Below are positions 50,002 through 57,114 of a DNA stretch of 64,000 bases, in pieces. The notes beneath the pieces were generated by a model. The model worked only from the letters and a program-made list of their open reading frames with translations. It had not been told where the DNA came from and searched no databases. How positions within the stretch are numbered: position 1 is the stretch's first letter; every line of letters begins with the position of its first letter. The stretch covers positions 1,457-65,456 of the forward strand of contig JAZNAO010000006.1 of assembly GCA_045586565.1 (NCBI GenBank), written 5' to 3'. A program made the translations under genes and the position numbers. Origin of the DNA: Candidatus Enterousia sp. (GTDB lineage Bacteria > Pseudomonadota > Alphaproteobacteria > Rs-D84).

Positions 50002-52404
50002 ATGAATATAGAATTGGGTAAAAATATTGCACCGCGTGAAATAGAAACCAGAATCCAAGAATTTTGGGATAAAAATGATTTCTGGGCAAATGATGTCCAT
50101 TCGGATAAGACACCATTTTGCATTATGATGCCACCGCCAAATGTTACGGGTAATTTGCATATGGGGCATGCGTTGGATAATGTTTTAACAGATATTATGT
50201 GCCGTTACAAACGTATGTCTGGCTTTGACGTTTTATGGCAGCCTGGAACCGACCACGCATCAATTGCCACCCAATTGTTGGTTGAACGCGACTTGTCAAA
50301 GCGTGGTATAAATCCGCATGCATTATCATTACAGGAAAAACTGGATTATGCCTGGGCGTGGAAGGCGGACAAAGGTGGCCAGATTTTAAATCAGTTACAC
50401 ATTTTGGGTGTAACACCGGTATGGAAACGCGAAAGATTTACGATGGACGATGGCTTGTCCAATGCGGTGACAAAACTGTTTGTAAAAATGTATAACGAAG
50501 GTTTGATTTATCGTGAAAAGCGTCTTGTAAACTGGTGCCCAAAACAGCAAACATCTGTTTCTGACCTGGAAGTTGAAACCCGTGATGAGCACGGCAAGTT
50601 TTATTACTTTAATTACCAATTGGTTGATGGCGGTGTGGTTGAAATTGCGACAACCCGTCCGGAAACACTGTTTGGCGACCAGGCGATTGCGGTTCATCCA
50701 GAAAACGAGAAGTTAAATCATCTTATTGGGCGCAAGGCGATTATTCCATTGACTGATATTGAAATTCCAATTATCGGTGATGAACACGCGGACCCAGACA
50801 AGGGGACAGGTGCGGTTAAAATTACACCGGCGCATGACTTTGACGACTGGGAAGTTGGCGTTCGTCATAATTTGACACCGGTTTGTATTTTGACCCCAGA
50901 TGCGAAATTAAATGACAACCCGGTGGTTCCAGAAAAATACCGTGGCATGGACCGATATGCAGCACGTGCCGCAATTGTGGCTGATATTGATGCGGCGGGC
51001 CTGTTGGTAAAAATCGAAGACAAGGTTATCCCAACACCGTATTCTGAACGTGCCCAGGTTCCTGTAGAGCCATATTTAACAGACCAGTGGTTTGTTGATG
51101 CGGAAAAGTTGGCAATACCTGCGATAAAGGCAGTCGAAGATGGTAAAATCAAATTCTTGCCAGAACACAGATATAACCTGTTTATGGCGTGGATGAAAAA
51201 CATTCGTCCATGGACTATTTCGCGTCAGTTATGGTGGGGACATCATATCCCGGCGTGGTATGATGCGGATGGTAATGTTTATGTTGCCGAAACCGAAGAA
51301 GCGGCGATTGCGCAATCTGGTGGCAAAACATTGACCCGTGACCCAGATGTATTGGATACGTGGTTTTCGTCTGGTCTGTGGCCATTTTCAACATTGGGTT
51401 GGCCTGAACAGACATTGGAATTAGCAAAATATTATCCCACAGACTTACTATACACCGGCGCAGATATTATCTTTTTCTGGGTTGCGCGTATGATAATGAT
51501 GGGATTGTATGTGATGGGCGACGTTCCGTTCCGGACGGTAAATTTCCACGGTCTGGTTCGTGATTCAAAGGGGCAAAAGATGTCCAAGACCAAGGGAAAT
51601 GGCACAGACCCATTGACTGCGGTTGATAAATTTAGTTCGGACGCCTTGCGTTACTGGATTGCGACCGCGCCAATTGGTACCGATATTCGTTATTCTGATG
51701 ACGAAGTTAAACGTGGTTCAAAACTGCTGACTAAATTATGGAATGCGTCGAAATATGTGTTGATGAATTTATCAGATTTTGAACCAGAAACTGCGAAACA
51801 AATTCCTGTATCAGAACGCTTTATCGAAGACAGATGGGTATTATCTGAATTGAACAAAGCGATTGCAGAAACCAGAAAGCATTTGGATAAATACGATAAC
51901 TATAATTCACGTGCTGCAATTGATACGTTCTTTTGGGATATATTCTGCGACCAGTATCTGGAATTTATCAAAGACCGTTTTTGGGCGCCTGAAAAATACA
52001 GTGCGGAATCTAAATTATCTGCCCAGTGGACATTATATACGGTATTGCGTGCGATAATTGGTCTGTATGCGCCGTTTATCCCATTCCTGACCGAAGAATT
52101 ATGGCAGAAAATTTATAAACCATTCGAAGGTGGCGAAACATTGCATCTGACGTTATATCCGTCTGTTCAATCAGAATATGATACAGATGTTTCAACGATG
52201 GATGTTGCGCTGGAAATTTTGAAAAATATCCGTGGCCTGCGCACAGAACGTAAGGTTGGCAACGGTGCAAAACTGGAAACGTTGACGATTCCATCGGATA
52301 CGCCGGATGTTTTGCATGGCTTGATAAAATCTGCGGCACGTGCAAATGAAATCCTTTTGGGTGACGCATTGGATTTTGTTGTCGCCCAGAATGTTCAAGG
52401 ATAA
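50002..52404 (+). CDS. valS: Valine--tRNA ligase (short, ~800 aa, as found in reduced alphaproteobacterial genomes).
   Basis: HIGH-type motif PNVTGNLHMGHA and KMSKS-type motif KMSKTKGN. Start at MNIELGKN (50002). Confidence 0.85.
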   Translation: MNIELGKNIAPREIETRIQEFWDKNDFWANDVHSDKTPFCIMMPPPNVTGNLHMGHALDNVLTDIMCRYKRMSGFDVLWQPGTDHASIATQLLVERDLSKRGINPHALSLQEKLDYAWAWKADKGGQILNQLHILGVTPVWKRERFTMDDGLSNAVTKLFVKMYNEGLIYREKRLVNWCPKQQTSVSDLEVETRDEHGKFYYFNYQLVDGGVVEIATTRPETLFGDQAIAVHPENEKLNHLIGRKAIIPLTDIEIPIIGDEHADPDKGTGAVKITPAHDFDDWEVGVRHNLTPVCILTPDAKLNDNPVVPEKYRGMDRYAARAAIVADIDAAGLLVKIEDKVIPTPYSERAQVPVEPYLTDQWFVDAEKLAIPAIKAVEDGKIKFLPEHRYNLFMAWMKNIRPWTISRQLWWGHHIPAWYDADGNVYVAETEEAAIAQSGGKTLTRDPDVLDTWFSSGLWPFSTLGWPEQTLELAKYYPTDLLYTGADIIFFWVARMIMMGLYVMGDVPFRTVNFHGLVRDSKGQKMSKTKGNGTDPLTAVDKFSSDALRYWIATAPIGTDIRYSDDEVKRGSKLLTKLWNASKYVLMNLSDFEPETAKQIPVSERFIEDRWVLSELNKAIAETRKHLDKYDNYNSRAAIDTFFWDIFCDQYLEFIKDRFWAPEKYSAESKLSAQWTLYTVLRAIIGLYAPFIPFLTEELWQKIYKPFEGGETLHLTLYPSVQSEYDTDVSTMDVALEILKNIRGLRTERKVGNGAKLETLTIPSDTPDVLHGLIKSAARANEILLGDALDFVVAQNVQG

Positions 52405-52408
52405 AATC

Positions 52409-53137
52409 ATGGCTGATAAACTGATTGAAAAACGTGTCCTGCAGGCATATCAGTGTGACCGATTTGGTAACGTTCGTCCACTGATTTTGATGAATGAATT
52501 GCAATCTATTGCCGACCGTCATGCAGAAATTTTGGGGTGTGGTCGCACATATTGCCTGGCCAATAATGTTGGTTGGGTTGTGATGTATTACCTGGTCGAT
52601 ATTGTTGAATTACCACGCGAAGGCGAAGAACTGACATTTGCCACGTGGCCATCGTGCCAAGATGCCCTGCGTGCGACACGTGACTTTGAAATTCATGGGT
52701 CTGACGGTCGTTTAATGGTTCGTGCCACGTCCCAGTGGATATTGATTGATATGTCGCGTCGTCGGCCTGTGCCATTGGCAAACCATCTGTCGCCAGACGT
52801 TGTTGTGCCACACCGTGCATATGGTTGTGCATTTGAAAAGTTTCCGGACTTTGAAACGACCAAGACACATGTTATGAAATGTCGCTTTGATGACATTGAT
52901 GTGAATCAGCATATAAATAATGCGGTTTATGCGGTCTGGGCGACCGAAAGTGTCGGATATAAATATCGCACAGAACACAAATTGAAAAAGATAGATATTT
53001 GTTTTAAAAAGGAAGTGAGTCTGGACATCCCAGAAATTTGCATTGATGTTGCGATTGATGGTCTGGTGTCACGTCACAAGATTCGCAGTGGCGACACCGA
53101 ACACGCGGTTGTCATTTGTCATTGGGAACAAATATAA
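52409..53137 (+). CDS. Acyl-ACP thioesterase-like hot-dog protein.
   Basis: Length and organisation resemble acyl-ACP thioesterases (PF01643). AAGGA ribosome-binding site before ATG 52409, immediately after the valS stop. Confidence 0.5.
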   Translation: MADKLIEKRVLQAYQCDRFGNVRPLILMNELQSIADRHAEILGCGRTYCLANNVGWVVMYYLVDIVELPREGEELTFATWPSCQDALRATRDFEIHGSDGRLMVRATSQWILIDMSRRRPVPLANHLSPDVVVPHRAYGCAFEKFPDFETTKTHVMKCRFDDIDVNQHINNAVYAVWATESVGYKYRTEHKLKKIDICFKKEVSLDIPEICIDVAIDGLVSRHKIRSGDTEHAVVICHWEQI

Positions 53138-53163
53138 AATCCCCGCCACCCGGCGGTTTTTTC
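53138..53163 (+). terminator. Intrinsic terminator.
   Basis: CCGCCACCCGGCGG followed by TTTTTT. Confidence 0.7.
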
Positions 53164-53205
53164 AGCGACAAATAATAATGATACTATGGACTGGATTGCC
53201 ACGTT

Positions 53206-53282
53206 CGTTTCACTCCCTCGCGATGACAAGAATCACAGATTCTTGTAAAAATAGTTGTATAACTAAACTTTTATTTATCGCG
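53206..53282 (+). repeat. Repeat element copy E.
   Basis: CGTTTCAC..CGCGATGACAAGAATCacagGATTCTTGTAAAAATAG...AAACTTTTATTTATCGCG, with terminal CGCGAT/ATCGCG inverted repeats. The promoter of leader L2 follows directly. Confidence 0.7.
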
Positions 53283-53298
53283 GTATTCTATTTACCTG

Positions 53299-53327
53299 TT
53301 GACCTAAAATTTTAATATTGATAAAAT
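53299..53327 (+). promoter_or_regulatory. Sigma70-type promoter of leader L2.
   Basis: TTGACC, 17-nt spacer, TAAAAT. Confidence 0.7.
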
Positions 53328-53567
53328 CCTTTTGTCGGTGAGATTTTTCACCGATGGGGTGTAACGACCCGTGCGATAGCGTCTGTGCGATATTTGCGCC
53401 CAGATGAAATTACTCCTGATCTATTCGTGGTCAGGAGGGCTTGTGAATAATGCGTCCGCGCAAAATCAACAGCACAATTCTATCGATTGTCGTTAACCTC
53501 CTGACCACCTGACTTATAAAACGGTGGTTTTTATTTGATAAAACGCAAAGGAAAGGGAGAGTTTTAT
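53328..53567 (+). promoter_or_regulatory. Conserved structured 5' leader L2, the divergent copy.
   Basis: Same helix set as L1 and L3 with different loops. P1 TCGGTG/CACCGA, hairpin CTCCTGA-tctattcg-TGGTCAGGAG, perfect 12-bp antiterminator GTGGTCAGGAGG/CCTCCTGACCAC, terminator CCACC...GGTGG followed by TTTTT (53504-53534), ribosome-binding site GGAAAGGGAG. Confidence 0.6.
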
Positions 53568-55040
53568 ATGAAAAAGTTTTTTGGTTACACTGTATCAATA
53601 ATGGCAATTTTTGTGGCAAATAATGCATCCGCGGCAGACGGATATACATGTGAAACCAGTCGTGTGTTTACATCGTGTGGTGCAGGTTGGTATTTACAGG
53701 AATCTGTTGCGGGCTCTGGCGAAGGTACGTGTTATGAATGTCCAACCAACTTTAAGAGTGGGGCTGCTGGGATTGTTGGCAAAGATAACTGTGTGGGAAA
53801 TATTGCCGCGGGATATTATTATGACAAGGAAAATGAGACGCGAAAAACATGTCCACAAGGTGCGTCGTATTTTTGCCCAGGGGTATCGAATATTACATAT
53901 GGTAATGCCAGTCGTTCGACAACAACAACCCCGTGTTATGACCCGTCTAATCCAAATGCGATGACGGCAGGATTAAAGAATGTAATTGGTTATAGTAATA
54001 TAACGCGCCTAGAATTGGGTTCATATGGTATTCCAGAAGGTGTTCAGGTAATTACATGGAAACCTGTTGTGGTAAATAGTGGCGGGGCCAGTTCGTATGA
54101 ACATTGTGCCTTTGATTGGACTCAATCAACAAATAATTATAAAATACAGATAATCCCACAAAACAGCCTTACAGGGTCTGGGGTGGCCACTTTAAACATA
54201 ACATCATGCAGCAGTGGACAATTATCGTCGGTTCGAAATGTTAAATTTAATGAGATTGATATTACAACTGGTGGCAGTCCCTTGTTCTCAACAGGATGTG
54301 CCGGCTGTGGCGAAGGTAAGTATTTAAAGTCTGGTGCAACGGAGTGCAGTGCTTGTAACATTCATGATGCGTTGGGCTTGGATACCAGTGTGACAGCAAT
54401 ATGGCAATCTGGTCTGGCTGAAAGCACTGTGGGCTCTTGGGTTTGTCCGTATCGCTTTGAAACGCTTCCTGTTGAAAATGGTGTTGCCACGGGTATATCG
54501 TGCTCGATGACCGATGTCGCCAATGGTACATACAGTTGTCGCTTGTCCCTGGATATAGGACAACTAGGGTGCGATGCGGGTTATATATTGCAAAATGCGG
54601 ACATGACATCCGAAACATTGATTAACTGTGGTGGCCAGGATAATTCGTATGGACAGTCTGTAAATGCTGATACTGATCTTGCAATTGGGCTAGAAATTTT
54701 GACACCGTCAAACTTAAAATGCGTGCCGACACGTATGGGGTGCTATCAGCCAAACGGTCAGGATGAATTTGCAGAAATTACAAACGCTGCGGACTTGATT
54801 ACAGCATTGACTGGCAAGCCTTGTGGCGATGGTAATTATTGTGACAAATCTGCATCTGCGGAACAGACTGCGTGTCCTGCGGTTAAATTGTTCATGCGCG
54901 AAGATGGCAGTGCGGTCAACATGATGTCGGCCGATTATGCAGACGATGCGGCAGACTGTTATGTTCCAGCCAACCCAGATATCTTGTACAAGGACGGAAA
55001 TGGAAACCTGTTCTATCTGGAAAGCAAGTGTGGCTACTAA
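53568..55040 (+). CDS. Secreted Cys-rich repeat protein, paralog 2 (490 aa).
   Basis: Signal peptide MKKFFGYTVSIMAIFVANNASA, then DGYTCE... About 40 Cys in CxxC / C-x-C-P-x-G-x-Y patterns. Confidence 0.8.
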   Translation: MKKFFGYTVSIMAIFVANNASAADGYTCETSRVFTSCGAGWYLQESVAGSGEGTCYECPTNFKSGAAGIVGKDNCVGNIAAGYYYDKENETRKTCPQGASYFCPGVSNITYGNASRSTTTTPCYDPSNPNAMTAGLKNVIGYSNITRLELGSYGIPEGVQVITWKPVVVNSGGASSYEHCAFDWTQSTNNYKIQIIPQNSLTGSGVATLNITSCSSGQLSSVRNVKFNEIDITTGGSPLFSTGCAGCGEGKYLKSGATECSACNIHDALGLDTSVTAIWQSGLAESTVGSWVCPYRFETLPVENGVATGISCSMTDVANGTYSCRLSLDIGQLGCDAGYILQNADMTSETLINCGGQDNSYGQSVNADTDLAIGLEILTPSNLKCVPTRMGCYQPNGQDEFAEITNAADLITALTGKPCGDGNYCDKSASAEQTACPAVKLFMREDGSAVNMMSADYADDAADCYVPANPDILYKDGNGNLFYLESKCGY

Positions 55041-55041
55041 A

Positions 55042-55068
55042 AAATCCCCCTTTTGGGGGATTTTTTTG
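55042..55068 (+). terminator. Intrinsic terminator.
   Basis: AAAATCCCCCTTTTGGGGGATTTTTTT. Confidence 0.75.
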
Positions 55069-55127
55069 AGATACGAGATATGAGACATGTGACAGGAATA
55101 TTTATCAATGTGTCCTTATTTTATTTA

Positions 55128-55156
55128 TTGACGTAAATTCTTAAAACTGATAAAAT
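55128..55156 (+). promoter_or_regulatory. Sigma70-type promoter of leader L3.
   Basis: TTGACG, 17-nt spacer, TAAAAT. Confidence 0.7.
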
Positions 55157-55428
55157 TCTTTTGTCGATGGGATTTTTCATCGATGGGGTGTCAAGACCCG
55201 TTTCATTGGCGTTCATGCACGATTGCATAACACGCCATGTGGCGTATTTTTTATGCGATATGTGTATGGGTGATAAATTACTCCTGACCCGTGGTCAGGA
55301 GGGCTGTGAATATATTGAATAAGCACACAATTCCAATGATTGTCTTGAACCTCCTGGCCACCTTTTGTGAAAAACGGTGGTTTTTTGTTTATTTTGGCAA
55401 ACAAAACAAAGGAAAAGGAGAGTTTGTT
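55157..55428 (+). promoter_or_regulatory. Conserved structured 5' leader L3.
   Basis: Near-identical to L1. P1 carries a compensatory change (TCGATG/CATCGA versus TCGGTG/CACCGA). Terminator CCACC...GGTGG followed by TTTTTT (55349-55377); ribosome-binding site GGAAAAGGAG. Confidence 0.6.
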
Positions 55429-56376
55429 ATGAAAAAAATTTTATTGAGCGGTGCGTCAATCCTGGCAATTATCGCCACCACAAACGCAAATGCCGCCGGA
55501 TATACCTGTGAAGAATTGATTGAATATACATCGTGTAATACGGGATATTATCTAAATGATGGTGATTGTATCCCGGGCAATACATGCCCTGCCGGGAATT
55601 ATTTACAAGGTGTATGTCCAGATGGGTATGAGTATTCTGACACTTGGAGCGTTGAGAATGGTGCAATTGTTTGGGTTAACAATATTACACAAGCAGAGTG
55701 TGAAAATGAAGGAGACTACTGCACTTGGTACGGCGCAGGGTGCCTTATTACAGATGCGGATCCATTTATGGTGGACGATGGATTTATTTCGGCGACAGGA
55801 TATGAATGCACTGCGTGCGCGGCTGGTTCATATCAACCATCTGCGGGTCAATATGAATGTATAACATGTCCGGCGGGGGCATATTGCGGAACGACCGGAT
55901 TGTCCGCTGTATCTGGCCAGTGTGCCAAGGGGACTTATTCGCATGGTGGTGCTGTATCATGTGCCGCATGTCCGGCGACGGGACTGACCGATAAAGATGG
56001 TGCGGTTGTTGTTGCAACAACGCCGACGGCTGGTGCAACGACGATCTCGTCGTGTGTAATTGATGATACGGTTTATTTCAGGGATACCAAAGGTGTATAT
56101 CGTTACAAACAGGATTGTGTATTGCTTGGTGATATAACAGGCACTAACGCTGCAGAGTGTGAATGGGTGGCAGAAATAACCGGTGAAGATTGGAATATGT
56201 TTAATGATGCTTGTAGTTTTAATACCGAAGGAACAACGATTTTGGCACCAGCGACAGAATCTGAATGCCTTGATTTAGGTGGTGATTGGGACACTTATTT
56301 TGAAGAAGGAAAATGCCATTGTGATGGTTGGGTGTGGTATATTAAAGAAGGAAAATTGATGTGTGGGACAGTATAA
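55429..56376 (+). CDS. Secreted Cys-rich repeat protein, paralog 3 (315 aa).
   Basis: Signal peptide MKKILLSGASILAIIATTNANA. AGYTCEELIEYTSCNTGYYLNDGDCI. Ephrin-receptor/furin-like repeats such as YECTACAAGSYQPSAGQYECITCPAGAYC. CxxCPATGLTDKDG module. Confidence 0.8.
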   Translation: MKKILLSGASILAIIATTNANAAGYTCEELIEYTSCNTGYYLNDGDCIPGNTCPAGNYLQGVCPDGYEYSDTWSVENGAIVWVNNITQAECENEGDYCTWYGAGCLITDADPFMVDDGFISATGYECTACAAGSYQPSAGQYECITCPAGAYCGTTGLSAVSGQCAKGTYSHGGAVSCAACPATGLTDKDGAVVVATTPTAGATTISSCVIDDTVYFRDTKGVYRYKQDCVLLGDITGTNAAECEWVAEITGEDWNMFNDACSFNTEGTTILAPATESECLDLGGDWDTYFEEGKCHCDGWVWYIKEGKLMCGTV

Positions 56377-56380
56377 AAAA

Positions 56381-56402
56381 ACCGCCGATTGGCGGTTTTT
56401 TA
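56381..56402 (+). terminator. Intrinsic terminator.
   Basis: ACCGCCGATTGGCGGT followed by TTTTTT. Confidence 0.7.
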
Positions 56403-57114
56403 ATTTACTGCGCTGACTGCGATGCGTTTGCGTCCCGCGGCGCGACGACGATTCAAAACATCGCGACCACCCGCAGTTGCCATGCGCGCACGGAAACCAT
56501 GTGTGCGAACACGACGTGTTTTCGATGGTTGATATGTACGTTTTGTTGCCATGACTTTTATCCCTTGTTTTTTCTTTTTCTTGTTTTTCGCTTCCAGTTT
56601 GCCCGAGCAGCATCATACGCACCCTGGAAAAAATCCGTTTGTGCCCCTATTTAATCATACGTTTTATAAAAACGCAACCTTTTTATTTAGATTTTATTAA
56701 ACCTAACTTTTTCATACCTTCCTGCATCAGGTAAAATATGAATATCAACTGTAATAATTTATAAAATGGTAAAAACATTTTATTTGCCCTTGTTATTTTG
56801 TCTTTTGTTGTGCGTTACGTACGGCGCGTTCAATAACGGCGGTCATGTCAATCATGCGTGCCAGTGCCCATGTTTGGGTTTTTCTGATGGCGTGTTCGAT
56901 TGGTTTATCCTTGGATTCGTGTTCCATTTCACATGCCATATGTAATGCGTCAATCAATCCGTCTTTAAAAGTGCTCATTTTTTTTGCCTTGTTTTAGTGT
57001 CCTATATCCTATCACTGGGGTGGGGTTTGTCAATCAATTTTTTTGCTTTATTTCTTGACCGAAAGCCTAAAAATCTGCTATGTTTGATATGTTATAAACA
57101 TAGGGAAAGGTTAT

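Noticed and set aside
56361-56654. 97-aa ORF spanning the GC-rich island.
   Set aside because: No ribosome-binding site and a biased, Cys/Arg/Thr-rich composition typical of a spurious ORF in GC-rich DNA. Treated as non-coding or a remnant.
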